A stretch of DNA of 64,000 bases from Octopus vulgaris. Taxonomy: Eukaryota. The notes under the pieces are model-generated. The model saw nothing but the letters and a program-made list of their open reading frames with translations. It was not told the origin of the DNA and ran no database searches. Shown piece after piece: positions 15,380 to 30,984 of the stretch. Location of the stretch: positions 9,114,001 to 9,178,000 of the forward strand of contig OX597815.1 of NCBI GenBank assembly GCA_951406725.2, in the 5' to 3' direction. The stretch's first letter is position 1. Each line of letters starts with the position of its first letter. The position numbers were made by a program, and so were the translations under genes.

Positions 15380-16123
15380 GAAGTTAGTAGAGATAGAGGT
15401 TGGAATAACCGCCAAAGGGATAAAAATACCTGTTATACTACCGGTGTAATTACCTATGTTAACCTTGGACATACCTATGCAAGCATTTTATGCTCAAAGG
15501 TTACAGGTAATGACAAAGATAAATAAGAGTTTATCAGGGAACAAATTTAAAGTAAACAGAAAATGGAGAAATATTGATAAACAACAATCGACTAACATCA
15601 AGTATTACTTCTTAATTCAATACAAATAAACTCTATGCCATCTAACAGCTGTTTCTGCTCCCAATTTTATATGGTATTGCCTTTGAAGAGTCTAAAAGTA
15701 ATATTCATCATATTTGGTAATACTTAGATCTAGAACATTGAACTTTAGAGGGAAGAAAAATACACACAATAAAAGAGAAAAAAAAAAGAAGAGCCTCGAG
15801 AAGAAGATGAAAGGCTTAATAGATTTAAACGACGCCATTTTGCTTGTATCGCAAGAAATAATTGATGTTTATCAATTCTTGTTGATCAATATTTCTTCAT
15901 ATTTTGTTTACTTTGTAATATATATATATATATTGATTAGATAGATACACATATATACCCGTAAGTATACATAGATTCTCACTTAAACATACATTCGTCC
16001 ATAGACACATATACGTATACATACACATACATGCAATAACAGGTATGTACATTCACACCTACACGTTTGCATATACTCATATATGTGTATATCTGTGTGT
16101 ATTCAACTTACCCATCTCCCCTA

Positions 16124-16530
16124 TGTGGCTGTGTGGTAAGTAGCTTGCTAACCAGCCACATGGTTCCGGGTTCAGTCCCACTGCGCGGCATCTTGGGCAA
16201 GTGTCTTCTGCTATAGCCCCGGGCCAACCAATGCCTTGTGAGTGGATTTGGTAGACGGAAACTGAAAGAAGCCTGTCGTATATATGTATATATATGTATG
16301 TATGTGTGTGTATATGTTTTGTGTGTCTGTGTTTGTCCCTCTAGCATTGCTTGACAACCGATGCTGGTGTGTTTACGTCCCCCGTCACTTATCGGTTCGG
16401 CAAAAGAGACCGATAGAATAAGTACTGGGCTTACAAAAGAATAAGTCCCGGGGTCAAGTTGCTCGATTAAAAGGCGGTGCTCCAGCATGGCCGCAGTCAA
16501 ATGACTGAAACAAGTAAAAGAGTAAAAGAG
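16124..16530 (+). mobile_element. tRNA-derived SINE, family 2
   Basis: GTGGCTGTGTGGTAAG head, GGTTCAGTCCC B box, internal microsatellite, (GTAAAAGA)n tail; interrupts module C. Confidence 0.9.
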
Positions 16531-16708
16531 TATACATATTTATATTTAAATATATACATAAAATTGAAAGGAAGAAAAACAATTCACCACCTTGGGTCGA
16601 AAATTCAGGGCGCTGGGAAACTTATGTAATGACATCTGAGGCACGCCAGCACGCTTTACAGCCTGGCCGTGGAGTACGGCGAGATACACACGTGTGTATG
16701 TGTGTGTG

Positions 16709-16778
<70 letters not shown>

Positions 16779-16781
16779 AAT

Positions 16782-16821
<40 letters not shown>

Positions 16822-17173
16822 GTATATATATATTTAATTTTATTTTTATCCCTATATATCATTAATTTTATATTTATAGGCATAAGTTACGTAAGAACAT
16901 AGTTTCTGTAAATTTTTCTTTTCATTCCTATTTCTTCTTCTCATCCTTATTTTTTTATTTTAATTTTGTAATTTTTTATTTGAATTAAATTACGGCTTGT
17001 ACTGTAGGGTCCGGCGAACATATTATACACATACTTAATTGTTTAAAAAATTAAAATATAGTTTATAGTATCAAACTATGGGAAAGTGATATAGAGAGGC
17101 CTGCTTGTATCGCAAGTAATAATTGATGTTAGTCAATTCTTGCTGACCAATATTTCTTCATATTTTGTTTACT

Positions 17174-17258
<85 letters not shown>

Positions 17259-17886
17259 TATGGGAAAGTGATATAGAGGCCTGCTTGTATCGCAAGTAAT
17301 AATTGATGTTAGTCAATTCTTGTTGACCAATATTTCTCCATATTTTGTTTACACATATATATATATACATATATATATATATGAATGTATATAGATATAT
17401 GCACACACATATATATATACATATATATATAGGTATGTGTATATATATATATATATTGATTAGATAGATATACATATATACACGTAAGTATACATAGATT
17501 CGCACTTAAACATACATCTGTGTATACACATATTTACGTATACATACACATACATGCAGAAACAGGTATACACATTCACTCCCACACGTTTGCACATGCT
17601 CATACATTTGGTAATACTTAGATCTAGAACATTGAACTTTAGAGGGAAGAAAAATACACACAATGAAAAAAAAAGAGAAAAGGAAGAGCCTCGAGAAGAA
17701 GATGAAAGGCTTAATAGATTTAAATGACACCATTTTGCTTGTGTCGCAAGTAATAATTGATGTTTGTCAATTCTTGTTGATCAATATTTCTTCATATTTT
17801 GTTTACTTCATGTATATATATCTATATATATGAATATATATAGATATATGCACACACCTATATATATAGATACATATATATGTAGG

Positions 17887-17949
<63 letters not shown>

Positions 17950-18287
17950 ATTAGATAGATACACATATATACCCGTAAATATACATAGATTCGCACTTAA
18001 TCATATATCCGTGCAGAAACATACGTATACATACATATACATGCATAAACAGGTATGCACATTCACTCCCACACGTTTACATATACTCATATATGTGTAT
18101 ATGTGTGTATTCAACTTACCCATCTCCCCTATATATAAACATACATATTTATATTTAAATATATACATAAAAGTGAAAGGAAGAAAAACAATTAACCACC
18201 TTAGGTTGAAAATTTGGGGAGCTGAGGGCGCTTCACAGCGTGGCCGCGGGGTACTGCGAGATACATACATGTGTATGTGTGTGTGTA

Positions 18288-18360
<73 letters not shown>

Positions 18361-18454
18361 AGTAGGTGAATGAATTATCCTAGTATTAATAATTCCGTTA
18401 ATCGATACCTGGGTAGCAATATTGTTGATCAATATTTCTTCATATTTTGCTTAC

Positions 18455-18495
<41 letters not shown>

Positions 18496-18514
18496 GAATA
18501 TATATAAATATATG

Positions 18515-18571
<57 letters not shown>

Positions 18572-18583
18572 ATGTAGGTATGT

Positions 18584-18607
18584 GTGTATATTGCCGGTTG
18601 TAATACA

Positions 18608-18656
<49 letters not shown>

Positions 18657-19147
18657 GAAATAATGTACAGGTTAAGACTAACAGTAATATAAACAGCAAT
18701 CATATCATTAATAATTCAGTCTCAATCTCCGAAGTAAACCCTAACAGTTTAAGGTTCTTATCCAGTAACTCCAAAATTAAAAATACAATTTACCAATGTA
18801 GAATTTCTACCGGTACCGATGTCTTCTTTTATATTGGGGCAACAACTTCCAAATTATCAGAGAGAATTTCCAATCATTATTCAACGTTCCGAGATAAGAG
18901 AAAACAACAGAGTATAGGACTAAGTAAATTAGTTTGGCGTCTTAAGGACAATAATATAACTTTTAAGCTGGATTGGTCCATATTGTCTGTATCCTTTCCT
19001 TTTGATAAGGGCAGGAAATTTTGCGGAATTTGTATTTCCGAGCTCTTCCATATGATTTTCGCCAAGTTCCCTTTGGTTAACACGTTAACAGAAAAATCCT
19101 GTAAGTGTATGCACTGGCAAAAACACACTTTCCATTCATATAAATGA
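18584..19147 (+). pseudogene. PLE GIY-YIG endonuclease 3' fragment
   Basis: NTIYQC..YIGATT..ERISNH..F..LSKLVW.LK..WSIL..CGICISE; 5' end is an (AAT)n tract. Confidence 0.85.
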
Positions 19148-19661
19148 TAATTAATATTGATAATTTCTCTGTTTTAGTATTTAATTTCACGTTCCTTTTA
19201 TGTCTACTCCGTTACATAAAACAATGATACTATATGTCACTGGCGTATGTTAATCCCTTCCTTTCTACCTCTCCCTCTCTCTTTCTACGTATCTGTCTCT
19301 GTCATACGCTCAATCAAACACACAGACATATTTCTCGCTTTACTGCTATATTTATCTGACAACCGTCCCCAACACATACATGATTACACATATATACATA
19401 CATAAACATAAATGCAGTTATATACACACACTCATACACACACATAAGCAATAAAACTTATTAACCAGAGCAAACACCCCCGCATCCACATACATACAGC
19501 ATGCATGCTGTCCCCTTCTTATTTTCATAAATTCCTCTTCCAAACAAGTTTGACGTCATTGCTTTTAACGGATCTTTAAAAACACTCATTATCACTGTGA
19601 TCATTATGTAGCAGGCCATAGAAAAGTTTTTGTCCGTCTTGAGGCTGATTGATTTTCTTGT

Positions 19662-19744
19662 CTTTCCTGATGAGAAGACGGCATAATGCACACTTTATTC
19701 CTTCAGAATTAAGAATAAGCAGTCTTCGAAACATGTGTTGAAAG
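19662..19744 (+). ncRNA. Type I hammerhead ribozyme in the PLE 3' region
   Basis: ctttc CTGATGA gaagac..gtcttc GAAAC atgt GTT gaaag; stems I, II and III all pair. Confidence 0.75.
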
Positions 19745-19790
19745 TAAAGGAATTGTGTTAAAATCTTCGTTCGACTCCATTCTTTTATTC

Positions 19791-19849
<59 letters not shown>

Positions 19850-19852
<3 letters not shown>

Positions 19853-20097
19853 TTTGAATCACTTTGACCGACCAGTCCGTCAGGCGTCCATTTGACACCG
19901 CTGGTCACAGCACGCTGTCCACTCCTCTCTGGATCGTGCCTTTCTCATCCACGTGATCCCAATCGTCCTCCTGAAATCGTAATTCCACCGTCCTGGAGGT
20001 CTTCCGTGTGGTCTTTTCCGCTCACGCGGGTACCGATCGGCAACTGCGTGCGTCCACCGATTATCGGTGAGCCGGGCGACGTGTCCAGCCCATCTAT
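19850..20097 (-). mobile_element. RTE-clade LINE 3' end
   Basis: RWAGHVARLTDNRW..RKRPHGRPPGRW..W..AR.REEW; short repeat tail. Confidence 0.85.
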
Positions 20098-20100
20098 ACT

Positions 20101-20138
<38 letters not shown>

Positions 20139-20143
20139 TGTGT

Positions 20144-20206
<63 letters not shown>

Positions 20207-21492
20207 TGTGTGTGTGTATGTGTGTGTGCTTACAAATTTAATTAGAAGCTGTTTTAATCTCATGATGGGATAGATTCCTCCAATGAAATACCAATTCAAT
20301 ATCTAGTATTTTGGGGAAATGAAATTCCTTAAAACAATAGGTACCGTGTATCTTCGAGTATCATCCGCATTTTTTCCCCAAAATTTAAAGGTAAAAATCC
20401 CTAGTGCTTACTATATACGAGGATAAAAATGAAAATTATTTTCTGAGCAATGTCCGAGTCTCTATTTGCTGTTCGGCAATGCTTATTCAGACGCATTTCG
20501 TGCTTTTTGGCACGAAAATACCTTAAACCCTCCATAACTTGCAGTTAGCAACATTTATTAAACGTTATTACTGTTATTTCTCTATTTTCTGCAAACAAAA
20601 TGCACAAAAATGTTACACGTTTGCATTACGTTATATATACAATAATAATAAATGACGTTACCATATACATTTTTACAAACCAAGGACGTTATATAGACCT
20701 CCTTGACTCAAGTTAGAGAAAGAGTGCGTATTATACACAAGGTTTAGGTTTTTCAGAGGTACAGCCCCCTAAAAATCCCCTGCGTATTATACTCAAGGGC
20801 TGACTCGAGGATTTACGGTATATATAAAAACATAGTTTTTATCTATTTAAAAGAAGTGAAGGAAATGGAGGTTAGGATGTTGATAACTGTTTATTATTAA
20901 TAGCAAATTGATCATCTTCACTTACGGCCGTTTCTATTAATACTCAATGAACATTAAATTTACATTTATGTGACACGAGCACAATATCATCAGAGGTAAA
21001 AGATGTAAATTTGGATGTTATAAATGTGCTAATGAATTTATTTTAGCAGACTGAATGTTACACACATACACACATATGTATCTCACCGTCCCACGCAGCA
21101 ACCTTCCAAGCGTGCTGGCGTGCCTCAGATGTCATTAGGTAGGTTTCTCAGCGCCCCAAAATTTTCAGCCTAAGGTGGTGAATTGTTTTTCTTCTTTTCA
21201 CTCTTATGTATATATTTAGATATAAATATGTATGTTTATATATAGGGGAGATGGGTAAGTTGAATACACACACATATACACATATATGAGCATTTGTAAA
21301 CGTGTGGGAGTGAATGTACATACCTGTTTATGCATGTATGTGTATGTATACGTATATATGCGTATGCACAAATGTAATTTTAAGTGCGAATCTATGCATA
21401 CGTACGGGTATATATGTGTATCTATTTAATCAATATATATATATACATATATACATACATACTTATATATGTATATATATGTTTTATGCATG

Positions 21493-21565
<73 letters not shown>

Positions 21566-22179
21566 TTGATATGCTGGCCATTGATAAAATTTTTTTCCTG
21601 AAAAAAATTTTATCCTACATTAGTTATATATATATATTATAAAGTAAACAAAATATGAAGAAATATTGATCAACAAGAATTGATTAACATCAATTATTAC
21701 TTGCGACACAAGCAAAATGGCGTCATTTAAATCTATTAATCCTTTCATCTTCTTCTCGAGGCTCTTCTTTTCTCTTTTTTTTTTTATTGTGTGTATTTTT
21801 CTTCCTTCTGAAGTTCAATGTTCTAGATCTAAGTATTACCAAATATGATGAATATTACTTTTAGACTCTTCAGAGACAATACCCTATAACATTGGGAGCA
21901 GAAACAGCTGTTAGATGGCATAGAGTTTATTTGTATTGAATTAACAAGTAATATTTGATGTAAGTCAATTGTTGTTTATCAATATTTCTCCATTTTCTGC
22001 TTACTTTAAATTTGATTCATGATAAACTCGTACTTATCTTTGTCATTACCTGCAACCTATGAGCGTAATATGCTTGCATAGGTTACCATAGCTTATTACA
22101 CCGGGAGTATAACGGGTATTTTTATCCCTTAGACGGTTATTCCAACCTCTAACTCAACTAACATTTTATATATATATAT

Positions 22180-22330
<151 letters not shown>

Positions 22331-23382
22331 ACGTACATGCTCATATATGATTTTTTTTGAAATTTTATTCATACTTTATAAATGAATATTTCATTCTTTT
22401 ATTAACAATAAATTTAGCTTATATACGTTTCACATTCTTCTATCATCTCTATTTACTCCATTTATGGTTCTAATTTTCTTTACCCATTCTGCTTTATCTC
22501 TAATCGACCTGTAAACCCCTCGTCCGAGCATATAACAATACAAACCATAAATTGTAACATTCAGTCTGCTAAAATGAATTCATTAGCACATTTATAACAT
22601 CCAAATTTATATCTTTTACCTCTGATGATATTGTGCTCGTGTCACATAAATGTAAATTTAATGTTTATTGAGTATTAATAGAAACGGCTGTAAGGGAAGA
22701 TGATCAATTTGCTATTAATTATAAACAGTTATTAACTACATAACCTCCATTTCCTTCGCTTCTTTTAAATAGATAAAAACTATGTTTTTATATATACCGT
22801 GAATTCTCGAGTCCGCCATTGAGTATTATACGTAAGGAAGTTTATGGGGGCTGTACCTCTAAAAAACCTAAACCTTGTGTATAATACGCACCCCTTCCCT
22901 AACTTGAGTCAAGGAGGTCTATATAACGTCCTTGGTTTGTAAAAATGTATATTGTAACGTCCTTTATTATTATTGTATATATAATATAATGCAAACGTGT
23001 AGCTTTTTTATGCATTTTGTTTGCAGAAAATAAAGAAATAACAGTAATGACGTTTAATAAATGTTGCTAACTGCAAGTTATGGATGGTTTAAGGTATTTT
23101 CGCGCCCAATATCACAAAATTCGTCTAAATAAGCATTGCCGGACAGCAAATAGAGACTCGGACATTGCTTAGAAAATAATTTTCATTTTTAACCTCGTAT
23201 ATAGTACGCACTAGGGATTTTGAGCTTTAAAGTTTGGAAAAAAATGCGGATAATACTCGAGGATCTTCGATACCTATTATTTTAAGGAAATTCATTTCTC
23301 CAAAATACTAGATATTGAACTGGTATTTCCTTGGAGGAATCTATCCCATCATGAGATTAAAACAATCTCTAATTAAATTTAT

Positions 23383-23443
<61 letters not shown>

Positions 23444-23788
23444 CATACACATATACACACACACATATGTATGCTGGCGTGCCTCAAAAGTCATTAGATA
23501 AGTTTCCCAGCGCCCTAAATTTTCGACCTCAAGTGGTGAATTGTTTTTCTTCCTTTCACTCTTATGTATATATTTAGATATAAATATGTTTGTTTATATA
23601 TAGGGGACATGGGTAAGTTGCATACACACACATATACACATATATGAGCAAGTGCAAACGTGTGGGAGTGAATGTGCATACCTGTTTATGCATGTATGTG
23701 TATGTATACGTATATAGGTGTATGCACGGATGTATGTTTAAGTGCGAATCTATGTATACTTACGTGTATATATGTGTATCTATTTAAT

Positions 23789-23831
<43 letters not shown>

Positions 23832-23891
23832 CATATATATATACATACATACTTATATATGTATATATATGTGAGTATGTATGTATGTATG

Positions 23892-23930
<39 letters not shown>

Positions 23931-23989
23931 TTTGATATGCTGGCCATTGATAAAATTTTTTTCCCGAAACAATTTTTATCCTACATTAG

Positions 23990-24026
<37 letters not shown>

Positions 24027-24554
24027 AGTAAACAAAATATGAAGAAATATTGATCAACGAAAATTGACAAACATCAATTATTACTTGCGACACAAGCAAA
24101 ATGGCGTCATTTAAATCTATTAAGCCTTTCATCTTCTTCTCCAGGCTCTTGTTTTCTTTTTCTTTTTTACGTATGTATTTTTCTTCCTTCTGAAGGTCAA
24201 TGATCTAGATCTAAGTATTACCAAATATGATGAATATTACTTTCAGCTTCTTCAGAGGCAATGCCCTATAACATTGGAAGCGGAAACAGCTGTTAGATAG
24301 TATAGAGTCTATTTGTATTGAATTAAGAAGTAATACTTGATGTTAATCAATTGTTGTTTATCAATATTTCTCCATTTTCTGTTTACTTTAAATTTGATCT
24401 CTGATAAACTGGTACATATCTTTGTCATTACCTGTAACCTATTTAGCATAATATGCTTGCATAGGTATCTCCAGGCTTAACACAGCTTATTACACCGGGT
24501 GTATAACGGGTATTTTTATCCCTTAGACGGTTATTCCAGCCTCTAACTCAACTA

Positions 24555-24600
<46 letters not shown>

Positions 24601-24601
24601 C

Positions 24602-24641
<40 letters not shown>

Positions 24642-25939
24642 GTACATGCTCATATATATATTTATTCATTCTTTATAAATGAATATTTCATTTTTTTTTT
24701 ACCAATAAATTTACATTTCACTTTCCTCTATCATCTCTACTTACTTTATTTATCGTTCTAATTTTATTTGCCCATAATAAATTCTAACTTTCAGTCTGCT
24801 AAAATGAATTCATTAGCACATTTATAACATCCAAATTTATATCTTTTGCCTCTGATGATATTGTGCTCTTGTCACATAAATATAAATTTAATGTTCATTG
24901 AGTATTAATAGAAACGGCCGTAAGTGAAGCTGATCAATTTGCTATTAATAATAAACAGTTATTAACTTCCTAACCTCCATTTCCTTCGCTTCTTTGAAAT
25001 AGATAAAAACATTTTTTTTTATATATACCGTCAATCCTCAAGCCCGCCCTTCAGTATAATACGCAAGGAAGTTTTAGGGGGGTGTTCCTCTGAAAAACCT
25101 AAACCTTGTGTATAATACGCACGCCGTTTCTAACTTGAGTCAAGAAGGTCTATATAACGAACCTTGGTTTGTAAAAATGTATACGGTAACGTCCTATATA
25201 TTTATTGTATATATAACGTAATGCAAACATGCTGTATTTTTGTGTATTTTGTAGAAAAGAAAGAAATAACAGTAATAACGTTTAATGAATGTTGCTAACT
25301 GCAAGTTATGGATGGTTTTAGGTATTTTCGCGCCCAATATCACGAAATGAGTCCGAATAAACATTGCCGGACAGCAAATAGAGACTCAGACATTGCTTAG
25401 TAAATAAGTTTCATTTTTAACTTCGTATATAGTACGCATTAGGGATTTTGACCTTTAAATGTTGGGAAAAATGTGTGTGTGTATATGTGTATATGTATAT
25501 ATATATATATACCTATATACATATATATTAAGTAAAGCATAGTTATTCGCCACGCACCCAAACTCTACGCATACACACACGAACACACACATACACACAC
25601 ACACACTACAAACAAAACACACACGATACATATACATACACGCACACACACACATACTTCAAACTTGCAGTACCTACTACTGACCTGGGCTAGAGACAAA
25701 GAGGCCCACTCCCAATTCCTTCTTCCTTGACCTTAAACAATACTAAGCCGTACAACACGCAAAGATTAACAGCCACAACCACACACACATACACACACAC
25801 ACGCGTGTTATCATTGCACATATACACACATACACACACACGCACACGCAGACCTTCGCGCACGCACATATCCACACTTACACACACATACATCCTCTTG
25901 CACTCTCCTGTCTTTGAAAGAACTTTTCTTCACCCATTT

Positions 25940-26125
25940 CCTTCCGGTCATTGAAAACGTGACCGCGTGTGTACCGTTGGCGATTTTTTTCCTCTGTCTT
26001 CCCTTCTCTGGATCTTTCCTTCTCCTATATTTCCGACGAAGAGCTCCGCTCGAAACGTTAAACGCTCCTTCTTTCCTTCTTTCCTGAGCGTCCAATAATA
26101 CTATATTTGTTCCACGTCCTCGCGT
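25940..26125 (+). mobile_element. Short PLE-derived repeat with a minimal HHR motif (26030-26062)
   Basis: ttt CCGACGA A gagc-tcc-gctc GAAAC GTT aaa; second copy at 30985-31183(-). Confidence 0.65.
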
Positions 26126-26127
26126 GG

Positions 26128-26207
<80 letters not shown>

Positions 26208-26208
<1 letters not shown>

Positions 26209-27507
26209 TAGCATTAAAGATCCGTCGTTGCCGGGTCAGATGTGCTAGTGCATGTATATATGTGTATATATACGTGTACATATTACATGTACATCTATAT
26301 ATATACATCTACACATAAAATATATAATACAAAGTTATATCTTGATATCAAAATATATAACAGACTGGAATTGTTAGCCCATCTCTTGTAATTTCGATCA
26401 ATTGTATCTTGTCCTCCCTCTTGTATAGAAGTGTGGCTACAATCCAGCCTACTTCTACTTGTGGGGGGGAAGGCATTTAAAATTTTTTTCCGGGACGTCA
26501 TACGTCCCAGATATAAAGGTAAAAACAAAATATTTCCACTTTGCAAGTTCGAGTCGAGTACACCCTTGCACGCTCCGTTGACTCGAACCTTGCTTCTATT
26601 GTGGCGAATTTACCTCCTCTGATTAGATCCCTTTCATAGTCGCACCAAGACACTTTTCGAAGGTGTTCAAATCTTTTTTCTCTACATTGTATACTTTATA
26701 GACAATAGTCTTTTTCTTTAATTTAATTTTTTATTATCCATCTGGACTATTCCATTTCTGCACGCTAATTTTATTTATTTCCATTCATGTGAAACCACTT
26801 ATTCAAGTTCAAATCCTTGATGCAATTTTATACCAATTGCTATTTTTACTTTTTTTATGTTACGATTATATTATACTTTAGTTTGATTTTAATTATTACT
26901 TACTGTATATAATTCAATTGTTATTATTATTTTTATTGTTAAGGTGAAAGTATCTGACATAAAATAGAGAAATGTTTTTGTTTCACTTTTAACACGTAAT
27001 ATAATAAGAGATACTGAAATAGTGGAGAAAATATGATATTGCTATGGGCTCGCTCTAGGCAAGAAGTTGAACATTTTGTTTTGCTCTTGAAACTATATGG
27101 ACCCTAAGTAAGGCATGTGTAAAATTTGAATGAAATTGGTTGTGTAGTTCTCAGGTTTTAGGGAATCGTAGTGGAGAAGATATGATCTTGCTGTGGGCTC
27201 GCCCTAGGTAAAAAGTTAAAATTTCTTTTGCCGATGACACTCCCCGGACCATAAGTAAGGCATGTGTAAAATTTGAATGAAATTGGTTGTGTAGTTCTCA
27301 AGTTTAGGGAATCGTAGTGGAGAAGATATGATCTTGCTGTGGGCTCGCCCTAGGTAAAAAGTTAAAATTTCTTTTGCCGATGACACTCCCCGAACCATAA
27401 GTAAGGCATGTGTAAAATTTGAATGAAATTGTAGTTCTCAAGTTTTAGAGAAGCACACAGACATACAGACAGGCAGACACACATTCTCAGTTTTATATAT
27501 ATAAAGA
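26208..27507 (-). mobile_element. Non-autonomous Helitron
   Basis: On the - strand A|TC...imperfect hairpin...CTAG|T; subterminal CAGA microsatellite; three ~146-bp tandem units at 27022-27450. Confidence 0.75.
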
Positions 27508-27514
27508 TATATAC

Positions 27515-27919
<405 letters not shown>

Positions 27920-28382
27920 ATATATATGCATACACACACACACACACACACAGTTTTCATGCTCGTTTTTCCATACTTGCATGAGTTGAACGAATATATA
28001 TATTGAATCAAATTTTTACAACGGTATGCGTTCCTGCTGCGAACGATTTCACGTTCTTTTTTGAAGTCAGATATCTCATATTTCCACTCGACTTCGATTG
28101 TACAAAACTAGCGAGTCGTTTATTTTCAGGGAAAATGGTAAAGTCACTGTTTGTAGCTCATCGTGTTTCAGGGAAGCACAAATGTTAACAAAAAAACCCC
28201 AGGGACGCGTATAAGGACACACATACAAAGACACACATTTTCACATACTCTTCTGCTTGTTTCTTTTACGCATGCGTACTAAAACACATATTAAAACATT
28301 TATACGAACATAGTAAAATACACCATACTAAAGCACACGATAATGCCAGCACAATTTTGTGATTACCAAATAGTGATGAACT

Positions 28383-29278
28383 TGTAGCGCTGATTCGAAG
28401 CCCAACCACTGGGTATACGCCTCGACATCACGATCGAACCACAGCAGTTACACGTGATCAGTCTATTAAGCAACCAATCTGCGTCAAGCCATCACGTGAT
28501 TCAATCTTCAAAAATCATGCTATATAAAGCTACTTTTGGCGGTGACAGAGTGTTTGAAGGCGGCTGAGCAGGATGTGCCTCCTCTCTAGTCAGATGGTCC
28601 ACACTGAGTGTTGAGACCAGCCAACTCATTCGCAAATCTCACCTCTTGCCACTCAGAATGTTGAGACAGTTGCACTGTAGTGACGTCATTTTCCAGTGTG
28701 CGCACACTAACGTCATTCTTCAGTGTGCGTGTGCGGGGCTGGAACATTCTGGAAAGGCCTAAGGAAGTTCCCTCATGCATATGCGCTAGAGACTGGGGAA
28801 GAAAATTCTATCGCGTTCCTTGTTAGCGTCGTTGACTTGAGACACGGCTATTGAAGAGAAAGGACGTGTTAAACGTGTGATCAGCCATTCTCCTGTCCCA
28901 GACGCTTAGGATTTGACCTGCTCTTTTGCTGCTGAATTTGTTGTGAGGTTTATCTTACAAACGTTACAGTTCAGCCTTGCTATATCGAACCAAGTGGATA
29001 CCAATATACCAACGTACTTCTTTTGTAAACAAGAAAATAAAGAGTTATATATATTTTTAAGGTTGCGTTATTGTTCCTGATTGGTAGTTTCTGGAAATTA
29101 AAGAAAGGAAATTGGTTGCACCCAAACAGTGTAAAGAATTAACCAGTTCCATTACAGCACGTTGATTCTTTATTCTCGTCAAATCCAGCCGGTTGAGATA
29201 AATGGCTGATAGTTGACATGAGTTTTCATCATCACGAATATAGCGCAATTATTTACCAGTTGTGACGGGCCAGCTACA
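28383..29278 (+). mobile_element. Candidate solo LTR
   Basis: TGTAGC...GCTACA ends, CCAAT ~28472, TATATAAA ~28520, AATAAA ~29036; no clean TSD. Confidence 0.45.
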
Positions 29279-29384
29279 GATTGCTTTATCAGTAAGCTTG
29301 TAAATGTTAAATAACATGTCTCTCCCGGTGTGTTATTATTAATGTTTGTATTTGTAAAGGACCAACACAGTTTAAATTCTATGA

Positions 29385-29880
29385 TATAATAATAATGAAA
29401 TTATTGTATACAGTGCTCAGGTGCACCACAACTTGTCAAAAGTGCGTATAAAGAATATGCAGTAATGTACAAATGTCTGGGAAGTGAAAAGTGTATGAGT
29501 CAGATACATGCTTGCGTGTGTATGGAAGGGAGAAAATCAGGTGTAGGGTTGGCGAATCTCAGGAAGCACGGAAGTTTTGAAGGATGCAGTGCTCCGACAA
29601 CTAACAACTGATGCCGGCAGTTTGTTCCATGCTTCAGCAACTCTTAGCGTGAAAAAATGTTTCCGAAAGTCATGGAAGGAGCTGTGCTGTTTTCTGACTT
29701 TGTAAACATGTCCACGGGTGTTAGACAGGTGGAGTTTGAAAAGGTGCTCAGAGTTATTGTTTGTAAGATGGTTAATAATTTTATGGGTGTCTGCCAAGTC
29801 AGCTGCCAGACGTCGGAGTTTCATTGTATCCATGCCCAGGGAAGTAAGGCGTTCAGAATATGGCAAATGCCTGATGGAGG
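29385..29880 (-). mobile_element. CR1-like LINE 3' end
   Basis: PYSERL..L..RRL..DL..K..TRGH..FFTLRV...WNKLP..FK; short (TTA)n tail. Confidence 0.88.
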
Positions 29881-30006
29881 GTATTTTATTATTCTGTGGG
29901 CAATAATAAAATCATCTGTTTATTGTTCGTGGGTATATTTTCAATTATTTCTTCACGTAGCTCGAGAAGTACATTAGCAACTCATCCAGTAATCACCTCA
30001 GACCAG

Positions 30007-30059
30007 CCACCACCACCACCACCACCACCACCACCACCACCCACCACCACCACCACCAC

Positions 30060-30090
<31 letters not shown>

Positions 30091-30107
30091 CAACAGCAGC
30101 AACAGCA
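30007..30107. repeat. (CCA)n(CAA)n microsatellite
   Basis: Read directly. Confidence 0.95.
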
Positions 30108-30109
30108 AG

Positions 30110-30480
30110 TGGAGCCGCAATGGCCCATTGCTTAGGGCAGTGGACTCGCGGTCGGAGGATCGCGGTTTCGATTCCCAGACCGGGCGTCGTGTGTGTTTAT
30201 GGAGCGAAAATACCTAAAGCTCCACGAGGCTCCGGCAGGGGGTAGTGGCGACCCCTGTTGTACTCTTTCGCTCCAACTTTCTCTCACTCTTTCTTCCTGT
30301 TTCTTGTTCCCGACTTCCTACGCAACCGCTGAGCCTGGATGCGCATTCATCCACCCGTCGATGCTCTCGGTGTCGGGGGTTCACCTGCTTTCTCTTCTGA
30401 GGGTCTTACAAATAGCGAAGGCCCACGTTTCGGGACTTCTCCCACTAATGGGACGAAGACCGCTTCGCTCAACAAACACA
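30110..30480 (+). mobile_element. tRNA-derived SINE, family 3 head with an alternative tail
   Basis: Head matches 59884; diverges after ~30300. Confidence 0.75.
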
Positions 30481-30927
30481 CAAACAAACAAGCAGCAACA
30501 GCAACAACAACAATAAACTTAAGTTCAGTTATAGGAAGGGCAGATGAATAATGTACTAGGTAACTCTCTGAGATGAGAATTAACTTGCTATGGGCTACTC
30601 TGTGTCCTGGGGCCACTGAAGCAGGAAGCATTTCAATGACCCATAGAATGTTGTGCAATATTTTAAAGTCGTAAAGCAATGAATATGCAACTTCATCACG
30701 TGTATGCCAGGGAATGTTTGATACCTTAGTTAATTGCAAATCACATACAACTGTAAGGAAGTTGTAAGAAAAACAAAATTACTTACTCCAATTATTTTGG
30801 CTTTCAATGTGACCGATTTTGCTGTACAGAATACCACTGTTATTAGGGCTTAGTTTAGTCATACTCCGCATTACTCTACTGCACTCAGTTTCGTTGTCAC
30901 TATTAGCACTAGAAAAAAGAATTTAGT

Positions 30928-30980
<53 letters not shown>

Positions 30981-30984
30981 CTAT

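Noticed and set aside
29057-29248. 63-aa ORF faintly like a lipocalin C-terminus
   Set aside because: Upstream in-frame stop, no acceptor, and it lies inside the candidate LTR
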